DNA of 62,864 bases, the filler included, from Choristocarpus tenellus KU-1152 (taxonomy: Eukaryota; Protista; Phaeophyceae), in assembly GCA_964200185.2 (NCBI GenBank). It is 10 parts of 10 records of this genome, joined end to end, with 100 filler letters (N's around TTAATTAATTAA, not from the genome) between each part and the next. Parts side by side here need not be neighbours in the genome. Positions count along the whole stretch, not along the records: positions 11,994 to 15,574 come from CAXNAD020019127.1; positions 15,675 to 20,627 come from CAXNAD020012403.1; positions 20,728 to 35,931 come from CAXNAD020001034.1; 7 more parts are not named here. The stretch is one strand, 5' to 3'. Positions 12,889 to 25,565 of this stretch are shown piece after piece. Each line of letters opens with the position of its first letter. Position 1 is the stretch's first letter. Made by a program: the position numbers and the translations under genes. Below the pieces are notes generated by a model. It had not been told where the DNA came from. It searched no databases and saw only the letters and a program-made list of their open reading frames with translations.

Positions 12889-15483
12889 CCTGGTGAACAC
12901 CAGTCGATAGACTTTCTCTGGACAAGTACGCCTCCCACCTTTGTTGCTCCCCCCTCCAGCCTGTGCTCCTGCCCCTGCCCCACCCTGCAATTCCATGTCT
13001 TCCCCCGGTCCAACCTTGCCCCTCCCCCTCCCCCTACTTCCCCTAGTCTTCCCTTTGTTTTCCTGTCTAGTAGAACCCCCCTCACCACCAACACCACCTC
13101 CACTACCACCAATAGACTCCAAGAAATCTTCAGACTCCACCCAGCCATCTCCAGTCTCAGCCGACCCAAGCTCCACACCTCCCCTCAATGTTGTCTTTGT
13201 TGACCCCAGAGGAACTGTGTGCACCTGAGAAACAAACACAATGAACCAATTGGTCAGTGAATACCCCCATAGAACATAAAATGGGGATTAAGGGGGGGCA
13301 GGCATGGGGAAATGGGAGAGGTCCATGTAGGGAAGGGAGAGGAACAGAAAACAACAAAACAGGGAACATTCCTTGTCCAAACACATGTGTTGTACTGCTT
13401 ATGTTGGTGCTGTCCGTACAAAAGATCTATTGGTTTGATTGGACCATATCAGCCTCTTTGCAGCTTAGAATATAAACTCGAAATATGCGCACAAACATAT
13501 CCTTGTCTCCGAGCACTCTTCACCAGATATAGCAAACATACCATCCCACATCCCTGCAGTGCCCTGGAGAGGCTACCTGACTATCAGGTGCCATTTCTCA
13601 CAGCTTGAAAGCCAACCATGTACATTCCTGGGTTCCCATCAACCTTAAAAACACTACAACAGGAGAGTAAGAGTGTATGGTGCATTGAAGAACCACTCCC
13701 AAGTGTATTGGTTGTAACACCCGCACATACTCCAAAACTGTGCTGAGTGCGTAGTGTCACAAAAATCCCAATCCAGACACACACACACACAACAGCACAA
13801 CATCAACATTAGCACCCAAACTATTTCAAGGAAAAAATGTACGAACAAAATTTAAAATAGCACAACACAGAGGACAAGTGCAAAGAAGGGGACATCGCAT
13901 CCATGCCTGACATCCCAGGAGGTCGATGGACTCGCAAAGGGCAAAGGGACCCTTACGTGTGCTTGATGCCCTCACTCCTCTCACACTGGCCAATGGAATC
14001 ACTCGTACCTGCCAGGGTCAAAGAAGGAGTCGGGGCAAGATAAATACGAAGGGGGCTCAAGGACAAGGGCTGAAAGAGTCACACCAGAGGCAGCAGCAGC
14101 AGCAGCAGGGCTGTGGTATACACAGAGTTAAGGCTGTCCAATGCAACATGGCTTGGTGGATCAAAGAAATACAGGTGGGTAACATTAATGGCGTATACTC
14201 ACATGTTGTATCCTCATCTTGCCAGAAAACTTAGGTTGAAAGTATTACTCGAGATGTCTCACAACATTTGCCACACCCCCTATCATACACTCAAGAGAAA
14301 TCACATTTTTCTTCACTGATACATGCACAACTATAACAAAATTTCAGAAGAATGAGAAGAAACATGCTCCAAAATAAGCCTCTCTCACCCTGCCAACAAT
14401 GTAGTTCAAAGCATAACCCAATTCCTGTTATCCCTCCCCACCCAACAAAAAACGCTCAAAAATGCCCCCCAGAAAGCCTTGTTTACCTGCTGCCTCGTGG
14501 ATAGGTGTAGAAACAGGTGCTGGGATGTGAGAAAGAGAGAGCCAGACCCTGTCAGTCCAGCCATCATCCCAACACCTCCCCCACCCCCCTCAATCACGTA
14601 GTCCTCTGACATCACCATTGGCTCCATTGGTTCCAGAGAGAGTTTCAGTCGAAGGTCTTCCCAGGTCTCCAAAGGCCGGAAGACCCCACCCAGGCACTGC
14701 ACGTAGCATGAGAAAACCTGAAATGTCAATCTGCAAGCGTGTTTTGGCATTACGCATAAAAATCGGCACAAAAACGGAAAAAAAGAGGGGGGTAGGGTAG
14801 GTATTTATTTGCATGGGCAGGGAGGAAGGTATGTCTATAATGCAAGCTATAGGGGCGTAGCTGTGGAAACAAATGTACCATGCATAGGGACCAGGGGATA
14901 GAGGCTATGAGGAAAGGTGGCACAAGACACTGTGCACCTTTCTATCTCCCAGGAAAAGCACTGGAAGGAAGTCAGTACAGGAATACTCCAGGGCATAATC
15001 AACACCAGAGATCGTGGAGGGGATCTCCTGCCGCTGGTACCAGGCACAACTCAATAGCAGAAATCATACCAAAGACTTCACAAAAAGAGCAGTAATGCAA
15101 AATGTGTGTGATCTGACTCTGATCCTCCTGACAGTCAAGCTACAGCTTGCACTGACCCCCTGTTAGATTTTAAGAACTCCAAGGTACCTTGACATCCCAC
15201 ATACACACCTAATCCTTCACCAAAAATAGCCCTCTCCCACTTCATCCACTGCTTCCCCCTCTACTCTACTTCTTACCTGAAGCCACAGTCGAGAGGCTCG
15301 GCAGGCAACCTTCTGGTCTTCACACCATCAGCCTCACCCTTCCCAGCCCCCGCTCCCTCTCCCATAAGACTCAAGAGCTCTTCCAAACCGTCTGCCCCCA
15401 TAGATGTGGAGTTAACTTCAAAGTATGGTCCGCCATCCAGCAAATATGCACAGGGAATTATGTAGAAGTTGGTAAACGCCAAA
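12889..15483 (-). CDS. Multi-exon gene fragment of unknown product (candidate exons about 15277-15483, 14487-14700, 12889-13223)
   Basis: GC-richer Gly-rich open stretches bounded by GTAAG/GTAAA/GTGAG donors and CAG acceptors. I could not resolve the phases. Confidence 0.4.
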
Positions 15484-15674
15484 GGGGGGGGGGGGGGGGG
15501 GGGGGGAGGGGGGGAGAAAGGGGGGAGGGGGGGGGGGGGGAGGGGGAGGGGGGGGGGGGGGAGAGAGGTGTGGGNNNNNNNNNNNNNNNNNNNNNNNNNN
15601 NNNNNNNNNNNNNNNNNNTTAATTAATTAANNNNNNNNNNNNNNNNNNNNNNNNNNNNNNNNNNNNNNNNNNNN

Positions 15675-15850
15675 CCCTTCCAAGTGCAAAAACAGTCGGA
15701 AAAAAAAAACTTTCGGTACTTTTTTAAGACCGTTTTCGTAGAACAACCATCCTCATAGCCCCGCTCCATCCTCAATTTTGAAAATCCTCTGTTCCATGAC
15801 ACCGCAGCATTCAGCTCGAAATCTATGCCCTTGACCGCATCCTCATAAGC
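15675..15850 (-). repeat. Dispersed repeat C, second copy
   Basis: Reverse complement of about 6400-6570. Confidence 0.75.
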
Positions 15851-17380
15851 CATGATTCAGTGTTCCAAGAATCTGTATCGTTATTGGCTTTCGAGGGTTA
15901 GACGTTACAGTGGAGTGGTGTGGTGGTGATACTGGGAGGTCTTGTGTGTACAAGGCGTCGGTCGTCGGTATAATCGAAATAAAATCAATCGTATAACTCT
16001 CTTCAATCACTTTTTTCGAGTTCTCTCTTTCCCCCTCAGATTTTCACCAAGAAGCAAAACCAAACGGCAAAACAAAACATGGTTATAGGAGATAATGGCG
16101 ACGGGTTAATTCAATAGCTAATCGAAAATTTCAGTAAACTTTTGATTAGATATAAATTACTGCTTATATGAATATATCAAGAAGTGACATCTATGCGGAG
16201 TATTAGATGAAATCCAATAAGTAGGAAAAGGGTGTTTCTTCTTCTTGTAATATTGTATTGTAGTTTCAAATATAATCAAGTTGAAGAAATGGAACAGTTC
16301 TAACCCAATTATTCTTTCCTTTGCTTCTCTAGATGGATAATATTTGGTGTAGAGTAGAATGGACACACTCTAGAACAGAGTTACATTCTTTGTAGTGTGT
16401 GGTACAAGTTTCTATCTTGCCCAGTCTAATTCCAGAAGAAGTTTACATTCAAATATTGAAGCTTGATGAGGACGAAGAATTTAAGTCCCATCAAATATTG
16501 AAAGTGATATTTCAAACAAAGATTTGGTAGTAGTTCGTTATTGAATAATTGGAAATGGGAAGAGAAATTCAAAATTTGTGAATTGGGATAGAGCGGAAAG
16601 AATGCATCAGCATCCTTAGGAAATGGTCTTATTTGTACAAGATCAGCATCAAGGGGAAAGCTAATTCAATATCAAAAACAAAAAGAACAGTGACAATTTA
16701 TAGGTATTATTGCGGAATAGTGCGACATTCCTATATCTCATATCCATAAAATCATCAAGAACGTTCTGGTAGTTCTAGTTGTACAGATATTATTATCCCC
16801 CTTTACATTTTCCAGATGTGTGTCAAAGATTCAGTCAAACCAATACAATACAAGAAAGACTTACAATATGTAAGATTCAACCATTCTACCTACCAACCGG
16901 ACCATTCATAAACAAGATCGATGACATTTGTGCAAATTACCTTGGGAGCTAATGCTATTTCTCAGTAGTGAAGATAAGAGAGTGTCAAGCCTCACACGAC
17001 CCCCTTTGCTGAACGTGAAAAAAGGAATGGATGGTTGAAATTTAGAAGAGTTACCTTTGTGTACTGTGTCTTCTCATTGCTTGTTTATTATTTATTTGTG
17101 CTTCTCCTATCTGAGTCAACGGTCATGTCAAAGTTGGTTGAATGCAGAATAAATACCAATACATAATTCCATACATAATCTGGATGTACTATTTTATTAG
17201 TTACATCACATGGACTCAATTCAACACAACAATCTCATATACACAAAATAATGTACACCTCACTATTGTCCTATTTTGCACAACATTGACCCTATTTTGC
17301 ACAACGTACTCCCTACCTTCATACGTCGCCCAAGCACCTTGAGAAACGTCGTCGATCCTTTTCCTAAGAAAACGTCCATA

Positions 17381-18541
17381 ATGCATGGTCTACAGTTCAC
17401 CTTTTTTACATTAGTGTTTGCAAGACTGATGCCCATCGGTTTTTGTCGATCTACGATTCTCAACAACAATACAACAGAATTGGAAGAGGCTTTCAAGCAA
17501 CGCGATCGATCCATTTCCCATTCAAGCGTCAACCCTGAAGTCATTCGTAAGACAGTGTACAGCGATAAATTGCGCCTTGTGTTCTTCGCTGGCCTGGAGG
17601 GTACAGGTCATCATTATTGGCATCAAGCGAATAATTTGTGCTTGCGTAAGAAATGGTGCACCACTAAATGTGAACTATCACTTGCGCTATACCCTGGTTT
17701 AGCGACAGCGCCATCATTGGCTGAGTACGATGGTGCCATTGAAGAGCTTGAACACAGCCTGGATGACCTGAGAAGGTTAGAGCATGAGGTTGCAGTTGGA
17801 AATAGCTCAGAAAGCAATGGATTTGGGGGATTGATCATCCCAGTCAACGCAGCTCCCTGCCCCTCTTCAGGCATGATGTCGTATCCTAACTTCAATGGTG
17901 CAAATAAGGCTCTGCAGTACGTGAATATTATCCTCCTAGCGCAGATGAGCGAGGAGAAGGGAATTGATTTACGTATCGTCTACCTCCAGCGCCCTTCAGA
18001 AGATATTATCAGGTGGGAAGGTTAGTTTTGGAATCACTTCAGTAATTAGTCACTCCCTCTCGCTGAGTTGTCTCTTCCTCCTTCACCAAAAGGCCTTTTA
18101 CGCGAAGATAATAAGGGGTAGTGGGTCTTGAGGGTATCCCTTTCTGGTTATTTTGCTCAATATTTTCTTTGTTGAATGCTAAAAAGGTCAACATAATTGA
18201 CCTCACATTACTATTAGGGTAACCACCTTCCCTTGACTCCCTTGTCTCTGCTGTTCGACACTTGGTGTATGTGTCATCCTGCTATTTGCCTCGTAAGTTC
18301 TGATGCCAGGAGGGGTTTTGGTGGAAATTTAATGACTGAGTCCAGGACTCTTGGAGTAAATGCTAATGCCCTTTCTTACATGCTCTCCAACATTGACTCG
18401 GAATTCGTGGAGTGCTTTAATTTCGTCGTGACCGACGACCCCGAGGAATTCTCGAGGATTGCAGCTTTCATCTCCCCAAGCAAAGTCATTGCAGATGGGA
18501 TGACAGTGGTGCTTAATGCTTCATACCACCCACCCAGGTGA
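17381..18541 (+). CDS. Sulfotransferase-like P-loop protein with N-terminal hydrophobic segment; exons 17381-18012 and 18298-18541
   Basis: [22 protein letters not shown] signal/anchor; [16 protein letters not shown] resembles the 5'-PAPS-binding loop; [16 protein letters not shown]|SDARR resembles the 3'-PB R…S motif. The GT-AG intron keeps frame (AG|T = Ser). 3' end uncertain. Confidence 0.7.
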
Positions 18542-18677
18542 GGAATCATGCGAATCTGATTCACGCAGGTCCTCCTGCAAGTCCAATGTTTACTACAACC
18601 TTTGTCCTGCACGATGGAAGCATGATGGAGTAGGATGTACAAAAATAATATTTCATATCCAGTTTCCGTCTACTACT

Positions 18678-18873
18678 TCCTGTGTTAGTGCAGGTATTGC
18701 ATCTCTTTGGGGACCTGCTCACGGAGGTGCAAATGAAGCAGTCATCAGAATGCTTGTAGAAATTAAATCAGTAGAAAATATTCCAAATTTTATTGAAAAA
18801 GCAAAGGATAAAAATGACCCATTCAGACTGATAGGTTTTGGTCATAGGGTATATAAAAACTATGATCCACGCG
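18678..18873 (+). pseudogene. gltA: Bacterial (Rickettsiales-like) type II citrate synthase internal fragment
   Basis: [65 protein letters not shown] carries the GPAHGGANE and [13 protein letters not shown] motifs; [11 protein letters not shown] is typical of alphaproteobacterial GltA. Truncated at both ends. Confidence 0.95.
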
Positions 18874-18874
18874 T

Positions 18875-19108
18875 ATAGATTTAGGAGTATTGCAGCTTAT
18901 TTATCGTTGGCACGGAGATCAGTTTACTAGTTTAGAAGAAATGCTCACCCCAGAGAATAATATTAATTATGCGGCTAGGTTGTTGAGGTCGCTGTATGAC
19001 CAACATGGAAATTGGCAAAAGGCTATTAGGCGCTATCATTCAGCTAATTTAAAATATAGTAAAAAATATTCGAGAAAGGTAGCCATGATTTGGTTGGAGA
19101 GGACCTAA
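18875..19108 (+). pseudogene. Bacterial lytic transglycosylase (SLT domain) C-terminal fragment
   Basis: [56 protein letters not shown] matches the D.G.MQ.N..WH…L.P..N..YAA..L…G.W..A…YHS pattern; the N-terminal catalytic Glu region is missing; AT-rich tail to about 19200. Confidence 0.85.
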
Positions 19109-19621
19109 AAAACACAATACAATTGATATTGTGTAATAATTATTATACAATAACTAATATAAAATATGAATTAAGGTACGCAAATATATTCGCGTGATTT
19201 CTTCTCACCTGCTGGATGTACCATTTATCGTGATATGAGGTTAGGGTTGAGCTCTAGAGTCCTTCAAGGGCACTTGCAATTACTCTTGATTCTTCAACAA
19301 GCTCTGCCTACTCTACTCTCACATCTTACGTTCCATGTACCACACTCCATCGCAATATACTCTAACTGTTGCTCCTTGAAAACCGTATGTACTTGAAGCG
19401 CTTCGTATTACAAATGGACCAAGTATGTTACTTGTTGGTTAGATAAATGATGGATGGATTTATCCATTTTCTTAGTTTCTTCCAAAAGTTGGGGGGGATC
19501 TTGTATCGACTGAGTGGAAAGCAACGGAAATTAGAACAATACCTTTTGACCTTTGGAAGTACCCTATCTTTGCCCTGGCCCATCAGTACTTGATTAGTAT
19601 TGCCCAATGCATCACTGCGCT

Positions 19622-19880
19622 GAGCCAAACCAGCTGACAGGTAGGCAAAGTTTGGACCCTTTTGCATCCCAATCCATCTTTCTTACCCTATGCAAACACT
19701 CTATTTCATTGCTTTAAATGCATAATAGTGTACGCAAAATTTATATTCCCCCTTCATACACACAAAGTAACACTGCAATTAAGCAAAGGCTATTTCTGCA
19801 GTGATGCAAAATGACACATTTTTGCCTTTGTCGGGACCCTTCTAATGCAACTCAATTTACCTTTCAATTAATATTGACTC
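19622..19880 (+). mobile_element. MITE family D (degenerate)
   Basis: GAGCCAAACCAGCTGACAGGTAGG…TACCTTTCAATTAATATTGACTC; internal homology to 58005-58272 and 52948-53203. Confidence 0.75.
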
Positions 19881-20727
19881 ACTGGATGATAATACTGCAT
19901 TTCTTAAGCCTCTGAACCAGATTGGAGACTCTGGAGAACTTGATGTATGTACCACTCTCATGTATTTGACTGCACACATCCCTTACAATTTTCCACGATT
20001 GGCGTTTTGTGATACTTGTGCATTTGGCGGCATGTTGAACATTGCTGATGTCCTACTGGGCATATGGTGGTTATGGTTTGGAACGTGGCATACAGGAAGG
20101 ATGAAGGAGAGAAAAAGTATATATATGAGTCAACTGGTGGAGAAACGACTTATCCAGGAAGTAGTAACAGAAGAGAAGGGCTCACCTCTCAGCATCGCTT
20201 TCACGAGGAGCTGTGGCGGAGTGTCAGGGATGCAGAAGCCCGGGCCCATTGCCGCCTTCCTTCCACTGTTCCTTACTTCCTCCAAGATCTTCCATGAGGC
20301 ATGCCATGCATCGGAAGCTCGTCAAAATGATGTGCTCATCTGCTGATATTATTGTGATAAATTACGTTTGTACATGTGGTTCATGACCTCCATATTCTTG
20401 AAAGTGGATCTTGTTCTTGCATATTCGTAGAAGTTATAGTAGCAGTGGAGAGATCTTCTCTAAATGGGTGGAAATGGTGGGAAGAGCAATAATGACAAGG
20501 AATTGTTATGAACAATCAAACTCCAGCAATAATTGTTTTTTTTCAGTGGTTTCTGTTTGTAGATAGTGGTGCTGATACACGTAGACACCACCGGTGGATT
20601 AGATAATAGGATGGAGAGCCATTGACANNNNNNNNNNNNNNNNNNNNNNNNNNNNNNNNNNNNNNNNNNNNTTAATTAATTAANNNNNNNNNNNNNNNNN
20701 NNNNNNNNNNNNNNNNNNNNNNNNNNN

Positions 20728-23700
20728 AGTGGCAAAGACCCCCCCCCCAGCACCATCCCCCTCTCCCCATGCCTCACAGGCCTTTGAGAGCCATGAGAGA
20801 AGTATTGAGAGCTCTCCTGGTGTTGCTGACGATGAACTATTCCTGAGGCTGTCCTCAGTGCCTCCATCACCAGCATTGGTCCTACGGCCAGGGCCAAGGC
20901 ATGCCCAAAGCATGTCGGCCTGCCACGACTCAAGGACAAGGGCCGAGTTGTTGTACAGATATTCCAGCATCTGCAAGCGCGCCTTGACCTATCAAAGGAA
21001 AATCGAGGTGGTCAGTAAGATGGGGGAGGAAAGTGCAGGGGTCGTATTATCAATGGTTGTAGGTTGTGGGCATTGACCAGAACAATACAAGTCTCTGTTT
21101 CCATCGAAAAGGATTGGGGTAGGTGTAGGGTATGAGAGGTTTGTTTCAACAGCATAGGGAACAAATAAACTTTAAAATGCAGAAAAGATGCTTCGCTCTA
21201 AAGAGTCTTATCAATGTAATTCCCAAGTTCATCACAACAAGAATGATCGAATCACAACCAACCTTCAGGACATATTGGGACTTGGGTTTAGTGCTGAATG
21301 AAGTACAACTGAAGAAAAAAAATCTGACAGCATACTGGCACAAAGGGTACTGTTGTGAAAGCAGGGGAAACTGACCGCTCAAAAGCCAACACAACTTCTA
21401 AGTACACACAATTAATAGGGCAACACCAACACCCCAACACCACTGACAGTTGCCATACCCACTGCCCTAAGGGATGAGGGTTCTGCAATAGGTTGAGACC
21501 AATTTTTAGAAAAACACTGGTACACAGAAAATAACAAATTCTCAAACCACACTGCCAAGGAGTGAGACCTTTCCAAACTGATCTGCTGAGAGGTTATTTC
21601 AAGAGCATTCCACAACATTAGGACCCACTTAGTAGCATTCACAGATCAAACCTGCACAAGATGGGAATCGCGTCCGCAAACAACAGACTTGTCCCAATCA
21701 CGATCCCTTCCCCCATGCTCCCCCTCCGCCCAGGCTTTCCTGGCCACAGTGGTGTATGTCTCCAGCTCACTGAGCAAAGAAACACAAATGGTATATTCAA
21801 CACCATGTGTCAAAGAGTGAAAGTATCTTAGAGGGTACAATTTTTGTCATGTTTGTCCATTTAAGGCTTGGCTTCCCATGGGGTTTTTTATGACATCTTC
21901 CTACTCTCCAAAATGTTTCGGAGTAGGAAAAATGTATACATTATGAAATGGTGTATCCGGAACAAGGATACTGATACTTTCTAACAAACACAATAGTCAA
22001 AATTACATCAAAATCGTAACATAGAATTTTGGCCCCAAAATGTACGCGGCCCTACCCTCTAAGATACTTTGGCTCAAATGGATACAGAAGAATCCATGCA
22101 GAATAAGTGCAATACAGAAAATCCACAATTAGAGTAATAGAGGACATACAGGCAAATGGTGCAGGTGTATGTGGGTGAGGGGAAAGTGGGTCAGAGTCAA
22201 GCAACAAGCAGCAGATGCCAATTAAAAAGTACATAGCATATTTGGTTCTCTGGTCAACACATAAATAGAACACACACAATTCGCACACACAAAATACACA
22301 CAAAAGATTGTATTACTTCATATCAACAAAAAAGTATGAGAACTACCCCCCACCACACCCAAAAAAAAAAAACTGAAACAAGAAACTCAAAAAAACAATG
22401 AAAACAAAATAAACAGGATATATTCACCCCATAGGGGGCCTGCTCAGAAGTTCCGTAGCACTAATTATCCCAAACTCTAACCCCTACCCTACCCTCAACT
22501 TCCTCTGCATTGCTGCACCTGAGGAGGAGGTGCGTGAGGCGATGCTCCTCTTCCAGGTCACGCACTGCCTCCCTCTTTGACATGCGATCGTACACTGTGG
22601 TCGATGTCAATGTGAACTGATCTAACACAGATTCCATCAACTTCAATGTATATATATATATATATATACACACAAAGAAGTGTAACAAATGTCGGCGGTA
22701 GAGTGGGCCCGGGCAGCAGAGAGAATATCAGAGAAGTATAAAGTTTTTGCAGATGCAATGACACAGCATAGCGGTGAAGATTGACGAAGCCAAAAAGTCT
22801 GATGGAACATTTTAACCACATTCAATAGTGTATCCACTTCTATTGCTTTACAGCCCCATCTAAACAGTCATTTTGTTCACTCCATGTGTTCTCCAAACTC
22901 CATTATGCATTCTAAAAGGAAGAGGAAAACAATGAATGATTTCAGGCACTGCATCGCCCTCACTACCCTTTACACCATGTCAGTAAGAAACAAAACATAT
23001 CGCACCGCGAGACCGATTCCACACACCCTACCTCTTCTACAACAGGATGTACATTTATGCTACTCACATAGTATAATCCAGAGCACAACCAATGTGGAAG
23101 AGGGGGGGGGAGCTATACGCCACCTTGAGAGACTATATATTGGAAAAGGAGGTGTGCCACTTTCAACTAACACCCCTACACTCCATCCAAGATTTTCCTC
23201 AATTGATAAGACATGTAACACAATCGCTCCATGCAGTAGAGCAACTCCTGGAGAAATCTGTGCCAACTCCTTGCCTCTACAACAAAGGTCCAAGAAGAGC
23301 GAGCAACACATGCAAGTTGACAGAAAGTCTAAAATTCCTTCAATTCATGAGCGCTCACAACTCTCTCCAAGCAAAATATCAGCATGGGGCACTGCAATGT
23401 TTAGTAAATATTCAGCACCAGATAGACCACGATCCAATGCTGTTCAGCAAAAATACAAACCCACTATGAAAGTGCAAATTGCACCATTAAAAAGTTATTG
23501 ATAGCATACACACATTCTGTTCTACCTATGATTACCCCCATTCGTCACTCTCAAATCCGTACCTTGAGAGAGATCACCACAGCCCTCCCCTGGGTTAGGT
23601 GTTTGACGCATTGCTGCAAGGCACTTGGGCGGTGGTTTGCCAGGTTGTAAAAGCCATACACCTACAAATATAAGGGTTATGGAGACAACAAGCAGCACAC

Positions 23701-24868
23701 ACACACATACACACATGGACACATAAATACACATATTGGCTTGTCAGACACAAACACATGACCCCTCTACGAGGGTGCCAACTTCTCTAAGTTCCACTAA
23801 ACAACGACCTACATTACCTCAATGCGTATAAACCATTGTGAGGAATGATGTATTTTACTTAGGTGCAGGTAGGTGCATGAAGAACGCTTCAACTATGACA
23901 AGACCCTTCCATGTAGAGCCCACAGTACACCACTTGAAGACAAGCATATGTCTAACTCGACATACTATTTCCTCTACTTTGAACACACGTAATTTTTATC
24001 AAATGTCACTATTTGCTGCAACCACAATGTACCAAGACATACAACATACCACTCCACTCTCAGTACTCAAAATAGCATAATGAAATACTTGAATGAGCAA
24101 TATTGGGGGGAATGATGAACATTGGAAATGCCTTGTCAGGATTGAGGGTTGGCCACAACCAGGAACAAGAGAAAAGCAGCAAGGGAATGCACCTCATTAA
24201 GTGTTGAGGTTTGGGGTAGACCACATGAGACTAATCTCAACCCCTCAATGCAGCCATGTCCACAACAAGATGTGGAGTTACACGTACATTTTTTTGCTTC
24301 AAAAACCATGGCAAGGTGGCAAAGTCAACCAATCTCGAGAAAAATCCCAGACCATTGGCCCTCTACCTCCTCTCCACAAGAAACATGGTGCACAAGGACA
24401 TGACAAGAATATCTGTTTCCTCTCCTCTCAAATAACCCCAAAAATGAGAGGTGTCAGGACAACAACCTTTTCCAAATGTCCTATAAATAGCATCAACCAC
24501 ATCAGTATAAAACAATGGTACATCCCTCAAAGTAGCACTATTGACATAGAGCTTCAACCCTAACCCCATTAATACTGCAGGCGGCAGAAATCAAACAAAA
24601 AAACAACTATAACCCTTCCTATATGCTAGTATCTCTTACCAGTAAAGCAGAAAACAGTTCACACAAAACTACAAAAAATACTGTACTGTTGCAGTACTTG
24701 ATATTTCAATCACAAAGAAAAAATATTTTTGTCTGTACTGATAACTAACAAGGTTCTCTGCAAAATTCAATCAAATACACGCACAGCCACCTGTTACCAC
24801 TCCATCTCTAGCTTATGGAGAGAGTCACACTAAAATAGATATACAAATATATAGTTTGAAGTGAATAT

Positions 24869-24899
<31 letters not shown>

Positions 24900-25533
24900 G
24901 GATTTATTTAATCTCTTGAAGATGTCCAAGCAAAAATAGCAAAAATCACAAATTTCAGAAAAATGTAGTGTCACTACAGTAGCATCATCTTTAGCAATAA
25001 AAGCCGTCAATACTACACAATAATCACTAGAACAATACAAAGTACGTTTGTTTGTCTCAACAGCATCAAGGCTCACCTCCAACAGAGCTTCTTCTGCCTT
25101 TCTTGCTATCCTCTCCGTGTATGGAGAGTCATCCTGAACCATAGACCACAGGAGGTCAAGCAGGCGAAGTGCCGGTCCCACCCCCTGCTCAAGGAGCAAG
25201 AATACAACAAAACACAAGCACATGGATTACTACTGAGGAATGTAAATACTTACGAGAAAAATAAAAATGCAGGGTGTCACCAAGAAAGGAAAATAAAAAA
25301 CACCGCCATCTGTGTGATAGATGCCATAGCTGCATAGATCTTCCTTGTTTAATGTCTTCATGGGTCAACAGATAAGGAGCAACACCAATACATGCAATGC
25401 AATGCAATCACATGAATCCAACATAGTTGGGGTGCTTCTGTGTTCTACCTTTTGTTTCATTGGGTGTATGCCCTAGAGCGCGCTGGAGGAAGTATCGGGA
25501 AGTTTAAAAGGATCAGAGTGGAGATTTCAGGTC

Positions 25534-25565
<32 letters not shown>

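Noticed and set aside
18678-18873. Host mitochondrial or peroxisomal citrate synthase exon
   Set aside because: Sequence is the alphaproteobacterial type, AT-rich, not bounded by a splice donor, and joined directly to another bacterial gene piece.
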